Origin: the human T2T-CHM13v2.0 reference genome, Homo sapiens
Assembly: GCF_009914755.1 (NCBI RefSeq)
Contig: NC_060947.1
Strand: one strand, 5' to 3'
DNA: 64,000 nucleotides
Shown one piece after another: positions 1-20,814 of the stretch; position 1 is the stretch's first letter; each line of letters begins with the position of its first letter. The notes under the pieces were generated by a model that saw only the letters and a program-made list of their open reading frames with translations, was not told the DNA's origin and searched no databases. The position numbers and the translations under genes were made by a program.

Positions 1-3000
1 TGGAACACCAGAGAGACAGAACCGTTCACTCTCCTGGAAAGGGGGCTGAAGCCAGGGAGCCAAGTGGTCTAGCTCAACAGATCCCACCCCCATGGAGCCC
101 AGCAAGCTAAGATCCACTGGCTTGAAATTCTTGCTGCCAACACAGCAGTCTGAAGACGACCTGGGATGTTCCAGTTTGGTGGCAGGTGGGGCATCCAACA
201 TTACTGAGGCTTGAGTAGGCAGTTTTCTCCTCACAGTGTAAACAAAACCACCAGGAAGTTCCAACTGGGCAGAGCCCATGGGAGCATGGGAAAGCCTCTG
301 TGGCCAGACTGCCTCTCTAGATTCCTCCTCTCTGGACAGGGCGTCTCTGAAAGAAAGGCAGCAGCCCCAGACAGTGGCTTATAGATAAAATTCCCATCTT
401 CCTGGGACAAAGTACCTGGGGGAAGGGGCGGCTGTGGGCACAGCTTCAGCAGACTTATTCTTGCATGCTGGCTCTGAAGAGAACAGCAGATCTCCCAGCA
501 CAGCGCTCGAACTCTGATAAGGGACAGACTGCCTCCTCAAGTGGATCCCTGACCCCCACGTCTCCTGACTGGAAGACACCTCCCAGAAGGGGTCAACAGA
601 CACCTTATAAAAGAGAGCTCCAGCTGGCATCTGGCAGGTGCCCCTCTGAGACGAAGCTTCCAGAGGAAGGAACAGGCAGCAATCTTTGCTGTTCTGCAGC
701 CTCCACTGGTGATACCCAGGCAAACAGGGTCTGGAGTGGATCTCCAGCAAACTCCGGCAGACCTGCAGAAGAGGGCCCTGACTGTCAGAAGGAAAACTAA
801 AAAACAGAAGGAATAACATCAATATCAACAAAAAAGATGTTCACACAGAAACTCCATCTGAAGGTCATGAACATCAAGGATCAAAGGTAAATAAATCCAC
901 GAAGATGACAAAAAGCCAGCGCAAAGAGGTTGAAAATTCCCAAAACCGGAATGAATCTTCTGCTCCAAAGGATCACAACTCCTTGCCAGCAAGGGAACAA
1001 AACTGGACAGAGAATGAAACTGAAGAACTGACAGAGGTAGGCTTCAAAACTTGGACAATAACAAACTCCTCTGAGCTAAAGGAGCATATTCTAACCCAAT
1101 GAAAGGAAGTGAACAACTTTGAAAAAAAAATTAGATGAATTGCTAACTAGAATAACCAGTTTAGAGAAGAACATAAATGACCTGATGGAGCTGAAAAACA
1201 CAGCACAAAAACTTTATGAAGCATACACAAGTATCAGTAGCTGAATCCATCAAGTGCAAGAAAGGATAACAGAGATTGAAGATCAACTTAATGAAATAAA
1301 GCATGAAGACAAGATTAGAGAAAAAAGAATGAAAAGGAATGAATAAAGCCTGCAAGAAATATGGGACTATATGAAAAGACCAAACCTACATTTGATTGGT
1401 GTACCTGAAAGTGATGGGGAGAATGGAACCAAGTCGGAAAACACTCTTCAGGATATTATCCAAGAGAACTTCTTCAACCTAGAAAGACAGGCCAACATTC
1501 AAATTTAGGAAATACAGAGAAAACCACAAAGATACTCCTTGAGAAGAGCAACCCCAAGACACATAATCGTCAGATTCACCAAGACTGAAATGAAGAAAAA
1601 AATGTTAAGAGCAACCAGAGAGAAAGGTTGTGTTACCCACAAAGGGAAGTCCACCAGACTAACAGTGGATCTCTCTGCAGAAACTTTCCAAGCCAGAAGA
1701 CAGTGGGGGTTAATATTCAACACTTTTAAGGAAAAGAATTTTCAACTCAGAATTTTATATCAGGCCAAACTAAGTTTTGAAATAAAATCCTTTACAGACA
1801 AGCAAATGCTGAGAGATTTTGTCACCACCAGGCCTGCCTTACAAGAGCTCCTGAAGGAAGCACTAAATATGGAAAGGAAAACCAGTACCAGCCACTGCAA
1901 AAACATACCAAATTGTAAAGACCACTGACACTTTGAAGAAACTGCATCCACTAACGAGCAAAATAACCAGCTAGCATCATAATGACAGGATTAAATTCAC
2001 ACATAACAATATTAACCTTAAATGTAAATGGGCTAAATGCCCTAATTAAAGGACACAGGCTGGCAAATTGGATAAAGAGTGAAGACTCATCAGTGTTCTG
2101 TATTCAGGAGACCCATCTCATGTGAAAAGACACAAAAAGGCTAAACATAAAGGGATGGAGGAAAATTTACCAGGCAAATGAAAAGCAAAAAATAGCAGCA
2201 GTTGCAATCCTAGTCTCTGATAAAACAGACTTTAAGCTGACAAAGATCAAAAAAGACAAAGAAAGGCATTACATAATGGTAAATAGATCAATGCAACAAG
2301 AAGAGCTAACTATTCTAAATATATATGCACCCAACACAGGAGCACCCAGATTAATAAAGCAAGTTCTCAGAGACCTACAAAGAGACTTAGACTCCCACAC
2401 AATGACAGTGGGAGACTTTAACACTCCACTGTCAACATTAGACCGATCAACAAGACAGAAAATTAATGAGGTTATCCAGGACTTGAACTCAGCTCTGGTT
2501 GAAGCAGATCTAATAGACATTTAGAGAACTCTCCAGCCCAAATCAACAGAATATACATTTTTCTCAGCCCCACATCACACTTATTCTAAAATTGACCACA
2601 TAATTGGAAGTGAAACACTCCTCAGCAAATGCAAAAGAATGGAAAGCATAACATTCTCTCAGACAACAGTGTAATCAAATTAGAACTCAGGGTTAACAAA
2701 CTTGCTCAAAACCATACAACTACATGGAAACTGAACAATCTGCTCTGGAGTGACTATAGGGTAAATGATGAAATTAAGGCAGACATAAATAAGTTCTTTG
2801 AAACCAATGAGAACAAAGACACAATGTACGAGAATCTCTGGGACACAGCTAAAGCAGTGTTTAGAGGGGAATTTATAGCACTAAATGCCCACAGGAGAAA
2901 GCAGGAAAGATCTAAAATCAACATCCTAACATCACAATTACAAGAACTAGAGAAGCAAGAGCAAACAAATTCAGAAGACAAGAAATAACTAAGATCAGAG

Positions 3001-5995
3001 AAGAACTGAAAAAGATAGAGACATGAAAAACCCTTAAAAAATCCATGAATCTAGGAGCTGATTTTTTTGAAAAGATCAACAAAGTAGATAGACCACTAGC
3101 TACACTAATAAAGAAGAAAAGAGAGAAGAGTCAAATAGGCACAATAAAAAATGATAAAGGGGATATCACCACCAATCTCACAGAAATACAAACTACCATC
3201 AGAAAATACTATAAACAGCTCTATGCAAATAAACTAGAAAATCTCAAGAAATGGATGAATTCATATACACATACATCCTCCCGTGATGAAACCAGGAAGA
3301 AGTCAAATCCCTGAATAGACCAAAAACAAGTTCTGAAATTGAGACACTAATTAATAGCCAACAAACACAAAAAAGGCCAGGACCAGATGGATTCACAGCT
3401 GAATTCTACCAGAGGTACAAAGAGGAGCTGGTATCATTTTTTCTAAAAGTATTCCAAATGATAGAAAAATAGGGACTCCTCTCTAACTCATTTTATGAAG
3501 CCAGCATCATCCTGATACCAAAACCTGGCAAAGACACAACAAAAAAAGAAAATTTCAGGCCAATATTCCTGACAAACATCAATGCGAAAATCCTTAATAA
3601 AATACTGGCAAACCAAATCCAGCAGCACATCAAAAATCTTATCCACCATGATCAAGTCGGCTTCCTCCCTGGGTTGCAAGGCTGCTTCAACATACACAAA
3701 TCAACAAACATAATCAATCACATAAACAGAACAAATGACAAAAGCCACATGATTATCTCAACAAATGCAGAAAAGGCCTTCTACAAAATTTAACACCCCT
3801 TCATGCTGAAAACTCTCAATAAAGTAGGCATTGATGGAATGTATCTCAAAATAATAAGAGTTATTTGTGACAAACCCAGAGCCAATATCATACTGAATGG
3901 GCAAAAACTGGAAGCATTCTCTTTGAAAACTGGTACAAGACAAGGATGCCCTCTATCACCATTCCTAGTCGACATAGTGTTGGAAGTTCTGGCTAGGGCA
4001 ATCAGGCAAGAGAAAGAAATAAAGGGTATTCAATTAGGAAAAGAGGAAGTCAAATTGTCCCTGTTTGCAGATGACATGATTTTATATTTAGAAAACCCCA
4101 TCATCTCAGTCCAAAATCTCCTTAAGCTGATAAGCAACTTCAGCAAAGTCTCAGGATACAAAAACAACTTGCAAAAATCACAAGCATTCCTATACACCAA
4201 TAATAGGCAAGCAGAGAGACAAATCATGAGTGAAATCACATTCACAATTGCTACAAAGAGAATAAAATACCTAGGAATACAACTCACAAGGAATGTGAAT
4301 GACTTCTTCAAGGAGAACTACAAACTACTGCTCCAGGAAATGAGAGGACACAAACAAATGGAAAAACATTCCATGCTCATGGGTAGGAAGAATCAATATC
4401 GTGAAAATGGCCACATGGCCCACAGTAATTTATAGATTCAATGCTATTCCCATCAAGCCATCATTGACTTTCTTCACAGATTTAGAGAAAACTACTTTAA
4501 ATGTCATGTGGAACCAAAACAGAGCCCATATAGCCAAGACAATCCTAAGCAAAAAGAACAAAGCTGGAGGCATCACCCTACATGACTTCATACTATACTA
4601 CAAGGCTGCAGCAACTAAAACAGCATGGTACTGGTACCAAAACAGACATGTAGACTAATGGAGCAGAACAGAGACCTCAGAAATAACACCACAAATCTAC
4701 AGCCATCTGATCTTTGACTAACCTGACAAAAACAAGAAATGGGGAAAGGATTCCCTATTTAACAAATGGTGTTGGGAAAACTGGCTAGCCATATGCAGAA
4801 AACTGAAACTAGACCCCTTCCTTACACCTTATACAAAACATAACTCGAGATGGATGAAAGACTTAACCATAAGACCTAAAACCATTAAAACCCTAGAAGA
4901 AAACCTAAGTGATACCATTTAGGTCATAGGCATGGGCAAAGATTCCATGAATAAACACCAAAAGCAATGGCAACAAAAGCCAAAATTGACAAACGGGATC
5001 TAATTAAAACTAATGAGTTTCTCTACAGCAAAAGAAACTATCATCAGAGTGAACAGGCAACCTACAGAATGGCACGAAAGTTTTGCAATCTATCCATCTT
5101 ACAAAAGGCTAATATCCAGAATCTACAAGGAGCTTAAACTTACAAGAAAAAAAAATCCCATCAAAAAGTGGGCAAAGGATATGAACAGACACTTCTCAAA
5201 AGAAGACATTTATGTGCCCAACAAACATATGAGAAAAAGCTCATCATCACTGGTCGTTAGAGAAATGCACATCAAAACCACAATGAGATACCATCTCACA
5301 TCAGTTAAAATGGTGATCATTAAAAAGTCAGGAAACAACAGATGCTGGAGAGGATGTGGAGAAATAGAAATGCTTTTACACTGTTGGTGGGAGCATAAGT
5401 TAGTTCAACCATTGTGGAAGACAGGGTGATGATTCCTCAGGGATCTAGAACCAGAAATACCATTTGACCCAGCAACCCCATTACCAAGTATATGCCCAAA
5501 GGACTATAAATTATTCTACTATAAAGACACATGCACATGTATGTTTATTGCAGCACTGTTCACAATAGCAAAGACTTGGAACCACCCCAAATGCCCATCA
5601 ATGATAGACTGGATTAAGAACATGTGGCATATACACACCATGGTATACTATGCAGCCATAAAAAAGGATGAGTTCATGTCCTTTGCAGGGACATGGATGC
5701 AGCTGGAAACCATCATTCTCAGCAAACTAACACAGGAACAGAAAATCAAAAACCACATGTTCTCACCCATAAGTGGGAGTTGAAAAATGAGGACACATGA
5801 ACACAGGGAGGGAACATCACACACCAGGGCCTGTCAGGGGGTGGAGGGCTAGGGGGAGGGATAGCATTAGGAGAAATACCTAATGTAAGTGACAGGTTGA
5901 TGGGTGCAGCAAACCACCATGGCACCTGTATACCTATGTAACAAACTTGCACATTCTGCACATGTATCCCAGAACTTAAAGTATAATAAAAAAAA
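1..5995 (+). mobile_element. Near full-length LINE-1, L1PA7-like; 5' end runs off the window; ORF1 and ORF2 disrupted
   Basis: 5'UTR, ORF1 fragments (905-1928) and ORF2 EN/RT/Cys fragments (2276-5783) broken by stops and frameshifts. 3'UTR ends ...CCCAGAACTTAAAGTATAATAAAAAAAA, typical of L1PA7. Confidence 0.9.
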
Positions 5996-6975
5996 TAGGC
6001 AAAATAGCTGAATAGATATTTATTTTAAAAAGACATACAAATGGAAAATAGGGGTATGTAAACATTTTCAACATCACAGATTATCAGAGAAATGCACATT
6101 AAATCCACAATGAGATATAATTTCACACCAGTTAAAATGACTTTTATCCAAAGATAGGCAACAACAAATGCTGATGAGGTTGTGGAGAAAAGGAGACCCT
6201 TATAGACTTTTGACAGGAATGCAAATTTGTACAACCATTGTGGATAACAGTTTGGAGTTTCTTTAAAAAACTAAAAATAAAACTACCATATGATCCAACA
6301 ATCCCACTGCTGTGTATATACCTTTAAAAATTAGTATATTGAAAAGATTTTTGCACTTCCACGTTTATTGCAATATTATTGGCAATAGCCAAGATTTGAA
6401 AGCAACCTAAGTGTCCATCAACAGATAAATAAATAAAGAAAATGGGGTCTGTATACACAGTGGAGTAATGTTCAGCCATTAAAAAAATGTTATCCTGTCA
6501 CTGTCAACAATGTGAAACTGGACATCAGTATGTTAAGTGAAATAAGCCAGGCAGAGAAAGTCAAACTTCACGTGCTCTCACTCATTCATGGGAGCTAAAA
6601 ATTAAAACAATTGAGCTCATAGAGATAGAGAGCAGAATAATGGTTATCATTGCCTGGGAAGTGTAGTGGGGGGAGGGGGGAAGAAAGCAAGCATGTTTAA
6701 TGAGTCCAAACATTTTGTTACAGAGAATGAATAGGTTCTAGTATTTGATAGCAGGATGACTACAGTAAACAATAATTGATTGTACACTTTAAAATAGCTA
6801 AAAATTGGAATATTTGTTTTACAAATAAATGATAAATGCTTGAGTTGATGGATACCTTATTTACCCTTAAGTGATCATTACACATTTTATACCTATGTCA
6901 AAATATCTCATGTATCCCATAAATATATATACCTACCATGTAACCATAAAAATTAAAAACTAATTTTTAAAAAAG
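5996..6975 (+). mobile_element. Older L1 3' end (L1MA1-3-like)
   Basis: Degenerate ORF2 C-terminal region and 3'UTR ending ...CATAAATATATATACCTACCATGTAACCATAAAAATTAAAAA. Confidence 0.7.
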
Positions 6976-7162
6976 TATACAGCAAACTTAAAAGCAAACA
7001 ATAAAAAAATCACAGTGAAAAATTATGGTAAATATGTTGTGAAAAAATTGTTAAAATAATAAAAATGCCCATTAGAAAATATTCACTTAATACAAAACAC
7101 AACAGTAAAGAAGAGATATGGGAACAGAAAAACATAAAATGTATTTTAAATCAGTAAAATGG

Positions 7163-13348
<6,186 letters not shown>

Positions 13349-13363
13349 AAATCATTAAAATGG

Positions 13364-14771
13364 CAGGTGTAAATCCAATTCTTTCAATAATAAAATTAAG
13401 TTTGAATAGATTAAACAATGTAATCAAAAGGCAGAGATAATGAAATGAGATTTTAAAAAGCAAAATACAGTTATATATTTTCTACAGGAGTCACACTTTA
13501 GATTGAAAGATATAAATAAATTTAAAGAAAGCATAAGTAGTATGCAGTGGCTATACTAATATGCAAAATTGACTTAAAGTAAAAATATTGCTGTGATAAG
13601 GGGAGATATTGTAATGAAATATGTTTTACTACCTCAGGAAGAAATAAAATTATAATACATGCATCTAACAACACAGGCTTAAAACAAATAAAGCGAAAAC
13701 TAAGATAAATTAAAGGGAGAGATATAAAATTCAACAACAATAGCGGGCAACTTCAATGCATCATTTTCTATAATGGATAGGCACAACTACCAGGCAGAGA
13801 TCAACAGTGAAATAGAAAACTTGAAATGCACTATAAAACAACTAGACCAAACAGACATCTAGGGAACATCCCACCTAATAGGAGAACAAACATATTTTTC
13901 AACTGCACATGGAACATTCTCCAAGGTAGACCATATTTTAGAGCATTAAACAAACCACACAAATTAACATAGTTGAAATTACACAGTGTATATACTCCAA
14001 ATAAGATTAAATAAAAATAGAAATCAATAGCCTAGGGAAATTTGGAATTTTCATAAATATATGAAAATTGAACAATATACTGATAAAAACCCACTGAGTC
14101 AAAGCAAAAATCACAAGGGAAATTATAAGATATTTTGAGATGAATGATAAGGAAAATACATTACTCCAAACATGGGACGCAGCTAAAGCAGTTCTTAGAG
14201 GGAAACTGATAGCTGTAAATGCCTATATTAAGATAGAAGATCCTAATGTAATAACTTGAACTTCCACTTAATAAACTAGAAAAAGAGGAGCAAACTAATG
14301 TTAAATCAAGTAGAAGAAAGGAAATAATAAAAGATTACAGAAGATATTAAGATATTAATGAAATAGCAGCAAAACAAAGAGAAAAATCAATAAACCCTAA
14401 AATTGGTTGTTTGAAGAGATCAACAATATTGACAAACATTTAGCTAAAATGACCAAGAAAAAAATGAGAAGAATCAAATTAATAAAATTAGGAATGAAGA
14501 AAAGCATATAGAAAGTAACTTTACAAACATGAAAAGGACTGTAAGGGAAAGCTATGAACAATAGTATGCCAATGTATTAGATCACTTACATGAAATGGAA
14601 TAACTCGTTCAAAGCCACAAACTACTGAGATTGACTCAAAACATAACCTAAAATCTGAATGGATCTACAATAAATAAAGAGGTTGTATTAGTACACAAAA
14701 TCTTTAAAACTCTCTTCTAAGAAAAGCCCAGACCCAGATGGCTTCATAGGTTAATGCTACCAATCACTTAC
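13364..14771 (+). mobile_element. Old L1M ORF2 (endonuclease region) host fragment; continues at 18121-18312, 20345-20810 and 22371-22775
   Basis: Highly degenerate ORF2-like DNA collinear across several younger insertions (e.g. GAAAAGCCCAGACCCAGATGGCTTCA resembles the KSPGPDGF region). Confidence 0.75.
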
Positions 14772-14786
14772 AGAAAAGTTAATACC

Positions 14787-17700
14787 GCTCCCTCTCCCCC
14801 TCCCGCTCCCGCTCCCTCTCCCTCTCCCTCTCCCTCTCCCTCTCCCTCTCCCTCTTTCTACGGTCTCCCTCTCTTGCGGAGCCTGGACTGTACTGCCATG
14901 ATCTCGGCTCGCTGCAACCTCCCTGCCTCGGGCTCCGGTGATTCTCCTGCCTCGGCCTGCTGAGTGCCTGGGATTCCAGGTATGCACCGCCACTCCTGAC
15001 TGGTTTTTGTATTTTTGGTGGAGACGAGGTTTCGTTGTGTTGACGGGGCTGGTCTCCAGCTCCTCGCCTCAGGTGATCTGCCCGCCTCGGCCTCCTGAGG
15101 TGCTGGGATTGCAGACGGAGTCTCACTCACTCAATGCTCAATGTTGCCCAGGCTGGAGTGCAGTGGCGTGATCTCGGCTCACTACAACCTCCACCTCCCA
15201 GCCGCCTGCCTTGGCCTCCCAAAGTGCTAAGATTACAGCCTCTGCCCATCTGCCACCCCATCTAGGAAGTGAGCAGCATCTCTGCCTGGCTGCCCATCGT
15301 CTGGGTTGTGAGGAGCCCCACTGCCCAGCCGCCCCGTCTGGGAAGTGAGGAGTGCCTCTGCCTGGCCACCACCCCATCTAGGAAGTGAGGAGCGTCTCTG
15401 CCTGGCCGCCCATCGTCTGGGTTGTGAGGAGCCCCTCTGCCTGGCTGCCCCATCTGGGAAGTGAGGAGCGCCTCTGCCCGGCCGCCCCGTCTGGGAGGAA
15501 GTGAGGAGCACCTCTGCCTGGCTGCCCCGAATGAGAAGTGAGGAGTGCCTCTGCCTGGCCGCCCCCTCTGGGAAGTGAGGAGCACCTCTGCCCAGCCGCC
15601 ACCCTGTCTAGGAAGTGAGGAGCGTCTCTGCCTGGCTGCCCATCGTCTGGGATGTGAGGAGCCCCTCTGCCTGGCCGCCCCGTCTGGGAAGTGAGGAGTG
15701 CCTCTGTCCGGCCTCCACTCCGTCTATGAAGTGGGGAGCATCTCTGCCCAACCGCCCATCATCTGGGAGGTGAAGAGCACCTCTGCCCAACCGCCCCATC
15801 TGGGATGTGAGGAGCGCCTCTGCCCGGCCATCCCATCTGGGAAGTGAGGAGCGCCTCTGCCTGGCTGCCCAGTCTGGGAGGAAGTGAGGAGCGCCTCTGC
15901 CCAGCCATCCCATCTGGGAAGTGAGGAGCACCTCTGCCTGGCTGCCCAGTCTGGGAGGAAGTGAGGAGTGCCTCTGCCCGGTTGCCCCAAATGGGAAGTC
16001 AGGAGCGCCTCTGCCCAACCACCCCATCTGGGAAGTGAGGAGCACCTCTGCCCGGCCTCCCCGTCTGGGAGGTGAGGAGCGCCTCTGCCCAGCTGCCCCG
16101 TCTGGGAGGTGAGGAGCACCTCTTCCCGGCCGCCCCATCTGGGAGGTGAGGGGCATCTCTGCCTGGCTGCCACCCTATCTGGGAAGTGAGGAGCACCTCT
16201 GCCTGGCCACCACCCTGTCTGGGAGGTGAGGGGCGTCTCTGCCTGGAGGCCCCGCCTGGGAAGTGAGGGGTGCCTCTCCCAGCCCCCCTTCATCTGAGAG
16301 GTGGGGAGTGCCTCTGCCCGGCTGCCCCATCTGGGAAGTGGGCACCTCTGCCCGGCCGCCCCGTCCAGGAGGTGAGGGGCGCCTCTGCCCGGCTGCCCCG
16401 CCTGGGAGGTGAGGAGCACCTCTGAACGGCTGCCCTTTGTCTGGGAGGTGGGGAGTGCCTCTGCCCAGCCGCCCCGTCTGGGAAGTGGGCGCCTCACCCG
16501 GCTGCCCCATCGGGAGGTGAGGGGCGCCTCTGCCCGGCCGCCCCATCTGGGAGGTGAGGGGCGTCTCTGCCTGGCCGCCCCATTTGGGAAGTGAGAGGCG
16601 CCTCTGCCCGGCCACCCCGTCTGGGAGGTGGGGAGTGCCTCTGCCTGGCTGCCCCATCTGGGAAGTGGGCGCCTTTGCCTGGCCACCCCATCCGGGAGGT
16701 GAGGGGCACCTCTGCCCGGCCGCTCCGTCTGGGAGGTGAGGGGTGCCTCTGCCCGGCCGCTCCGCCTGGGAGGTGAGGAGCGCCTCTGCCTGGCCACCCC
16801 ACCCGGGAGGTGAGGGGTGCCTCTGCCCGGCCCCCCTTTATCTGGGAGGTGGGGAGCGCCTCTGCCCGGCTGCCCTATCTGGGAAGTGGGCACCTCTGCC
16901 CGGCTGCCCCGTTTGGGAGGTGAGGGGCATCTCTGCCCGGCCACCACACCATCTGGGAGGTGAGGAGCGCTTCTGCCCAGCCGCCCCATTTGGGAGGTGA
17001 GGGGCGTCTCTGCCCGGCCACTGCCCCATCTGGGAGGTGAGGAGCGCCTCTGCATGGCCGCCCCGCCTGGGAGGTGAGAAGCACCTCTGCCTGGCCGCCC
17101 TTCATCTGGGAGGTGGGGAGTGCCTCTGCCCGGCTGCCCCGTCGGGGAAGTGGGCGCCTCTGCCCGGCTGCCCCGTCTGGAAGGTGAGGGGCATCTCTGC
17201 CTGGCCTCCCCATCTGGGAGGTGAGGAGCACCTCTGCCCGGCCACCCCGTCTGGGATGTGGGGAGTGCCTCTGCTCAGCCACCCTGTCTGGGAAGTGAGG
17301 AGTGCCTCTGCCCGGCTGCCCATCGTCTGGGATGTGAAGAGCACCTCTGCCTGGCCGCCACCCCGTCTGGGAGGTGAGGAGCGCCTCTGTCTGGCCGCCA
17401 CCCCATCTGGGAAGTGAGATGCGCCTCTCCCCGGCCGCCCTGTCTGGGAAGTGAGAGCACGTCTGCCCAGCCGCCCTGTCTGGGAAGTGAGGAGCGCCTC
17501 TGCCAGGCCGCCCCATCTGGGAAGTGTACCTAACAGCTCTGAAGAGACAGCGACCATCAAGAATGGGCCATGATTACGATGGCAGTTTTGTCGAAAAGAA
17601 AAGGGGCAAATGTGGGGAAAAGAAAGAGAGATCAGATTGTTACTGTGTCTGTGTAGAAAGAAGTAGACATAGGAGACTCCATTTTGTTCTGTACTAAGAA

Positions 17701-18105
17701 AAATTATTCTGCCTTGGGATACTGTTAATCGATAACCTTACCCCCAACTCCGTGCTCTCTGAAACATGTGCTGTGTCAACTCAGGGTTAAATGGATTAAG
17801 GGTGGTGCAAGATGTGCTTTGTTAAACAGATGCTTGAAGACAGCATGCTCGTTAAGAGTCATCACCACTCCCTAATCTCAAGTACACAGGGACACAAACA
17901 GGGCCGAAGGCTGCAGGGACCTCTGCCTAGGAAAACCAGTGACCTTTGTTCTCGTGTTTATCTGCTGACCTTCTCTCCACTATTATCCTATGACCCTGCC
18001 ATATCCCCCTCTCTGAGAAACACCCAAGAATGATCAATAAATACTAAAAAAAAAGATATAAAATTTAAGAATAATAATAATAAAATAAAATAAAAACAAA
18101 AAAAA
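14787..18105 (+). mobile_element. Full-length SVA retrotransposon, SVA_A-like
   Basis: (CCCTCT)n head, antisense Alu-like segment, GC-rich VNTR (~15240-17525), SINE-R (~17525-18045), AATAAA at 18036 and A-rich tail. Perfect 15-bp TSD AGAAAAGTTAATACC at 14772-14786 and 18106-18120. Confidence 0.95.
15240..17525 (+). repeat. SVA VNTR, ~2.3 kb of ~36-43-bp units
   Basis: Tandem GCCTCTGCCCGGCCGCCCCGTCTGGGAAGTGAGGAGC-like units. Confidence 0.95.
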
Positions 18106-18312
18106 AGAAAAGTTAATACCAAATTATTACAATATTTTCCAGAAAACAGAAAGGAAGAAAACACTTCCCAATTATTTTATTAGGCCAATATTATCCTGAT
18201 AACAAAACCAAACAAGATATCACAAGAAGACTACAAAACAATATGTCTTATGAATGTAGACATATTTATATACTCATTTCTTTAGGAAAAAAACCCTCAA
18301 CAAAATAGTAGC

Positions 18313-20333
18313 AAAACCCAGAGTTCACAACATGGTGAAGCAGAAACTCTCCTTTCCCCAACAAACACACCAATTGAGCATGAATTAATGGACAAATTTC
18401 CTTTTTGAGAAACCAAAAACTAATTGAAAAGTTTCTACACCCCAGGAGAACATGGAATCAGTTTCATTGAAGTGGGAAGGATCACATTACCTGACTTCAA
18501 ATCATACTGCAAACTATGTTAACCAAATCAGCATAATACTGGCATAAAAACAGACACATAGACCAATGGAAGAGAATAGAAAACCCAGAAATAAATTCAC
18601 ACATTTCCAATCAATTCACTTTTGCCATAGGTGCCAAGAACATACATTGGGGAAAGGACAATCTCTTCAATAAATGGTGCTGTGAAAACCAAATATTGAC
18701 ATGCAAAAGAATAAAATTGCATCTTTATCTTATACCATACACAAAAATCAACTAGAAATGACTTAAAACAAGACCTGAAACTGTAAAACTCTTATAAGAA
18801 AACATAAGAAAAAAGCTTCATGACTTTGGTCTTGGCAATGATTTCATGGATATAACACCGAAAGCACAGGCAATAAAAATATAAAACAAAAAGTGGGACT
18901 ACATCAAGCTAAAAAGATTTTTGAACAGCAAAGGAAACAATAGAGTGAAAATGCAATTTACAGAATGAGAGAAAATATTTGCAAACCTTACATTTGATAA
19001 GGGGTTGATTCACAAAATATATAAGTAACACCTACAGCTCAATTGTAAAGGAACCTGTAACTGAATTTAAAAACGGGCTAAGAATTTGAATAGATGTTTT
19101 TTCAAAAGACATACAAATGGCCAACATGTATATGAAAAAGTAATAACATATCTAATCATCCAGGAAATGCAAACCAAAACCACAGTGAAGTGTTGCTTCA
19201 CACCTGTCAGGATGGATATTATCAAAAAACAGAAGACAATGATATTGGCAAAGATGTGGGGAAAAGAAAACACTTGCACACTGTTGGTAGGAATGCAAAA
19301 CAGTACAGCTGCTAGGGAAAATAATATGGAGGTTTCTTGCAAAATTAAAAATAGAACTACCATATGATCCAGCAATTCCACTTCTGATATTTATCCAAAA
19401 GACTTGAAATCAGGATCTCTAAGGTAAATTAACACTCCTATGTTCATTGAAGCATAATTCACAATAGCAAATATGGGCGAACAACCTCAATGTCCATCGA
19501 TGGATGAATGAATAAAGAAATGTGGTATATACATGAAATGGCATACTATTCCGTCTTAAAAACACACACAAAATTCTGTAATATGTGACAACATAAATGA
19601 ATCTTGAGGACATTACGCTAAGTGAAATAAGCCAGTGACTGAAAGACAAATACTGCATGATTCTACTTGTATGAGGTATCTAAAATAGTCAAATTAATAG
19701 AATCAAAGAGTGATATGGTTGTTGCCAGGGGCAGGAGTGTGGGAAAATGGAATCAATGGGCATAAAGTTTCAGTCAAGCATGATGAATAAGCTCTTGAGA
19801 TGTGCTTGCATAGCATCATATCTATAGTCAACAATAATGTATTGTACATTTAAAATTTTTGTTAAGAGAGCAGAACTCATGTTTTGTGTTCTCACCACAA
19901 TTAAAAATACTTTCTCATAAAATGTGGTACATACATACAACAAAATATTCTTCCACCTTAAAAAATGAAATTCTGATGAATGCTACAACATGGAGGAACC
20001 TTGAAGAGGTTATGCTAAGTGACATAAGTCAGACACAAAAGAACAGATATTGTGTGATTCCATTTGTATGACCCACCTAGAATTGTCAATTTTTTCAGAC
20101 AGAATGGCAGAATAGTGTTTACCAGGGGCTGGGGCAAGGGAGGAATACGGAATAGGTAGTTACTTTTTAGTCGGCACAGAGTTTCAGTTTGAGATGATGA
20201 AAGAGTTTGGGAGATATGTAGTAGTGAATGTTGCACAGCATTGTGAATGTACTTAATACCACTGAACTTGACAAATGGTTTACATGGTGAATTTCACGTT
20301 ATGGCATACCTGACCACAACAATGTTTAGATTA
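18313..20333 (+). mobile_element. Composite of L1MA/L1MB 3' portions inserted into the L1M host
   Basis: ORF2 C-terminal and 3'UTR-like DNA to ~19905, then a second 3' end (~19920-20330). Possible TSD AAAATA(G/C)TAGC at 18302-18312 and 20334-20344. Confidence 0.6.
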
Positions 20334-20814
20334 AAAATACTAGCGTACTGAATTCAATAATACATAAAGACGATTATACATTACCAAACAGAATTTATCC
20401 AAGGAATTATACATTGTTTTTATATCTGAAAATTACTTAATGTTATATACCAGATCATTAGAACAATGGGGGAAAAACTCACAAGGATTATCTCAGCAAA
20501 TCCAGAAAAAGCATTTGGTAAAATCTAAAACTCTTTTATAACACTCAGTAATTCAGGAATAGATGAGTACCTCCTCAATCTGAAAAAAAGATCTACAAAA
20601 ACCCCACAGTAAGCATCATACTTAATGGTGAAAGACTTAGTACTTTTCCCCCAACATTGGGAACAAGACATAGATATTCATTTTCACCACTTTTATTTAA
20701 CATCGTATTTGGATTTTCTAGCTAAGGTCATTAGGCAAGAAAATGAAATAACATGCAGCCAGACTGGAAAGAAAGAATTAAAACTACTTCTATTCACAGA
20801 TGATGTGATCTTTT

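Noticed and set aside
15240-17525. CRISPR-like repeat array
   Set aside because: Units are contiguous with no unique spacers; this is a eukaryotic SVA VNTR.
15138-17560. Many long ORFs (up to 443 aa) on both strands
   Set aside because: Translations of the GC-rich SVA VNTR; repetitive and stop-poor by composition.
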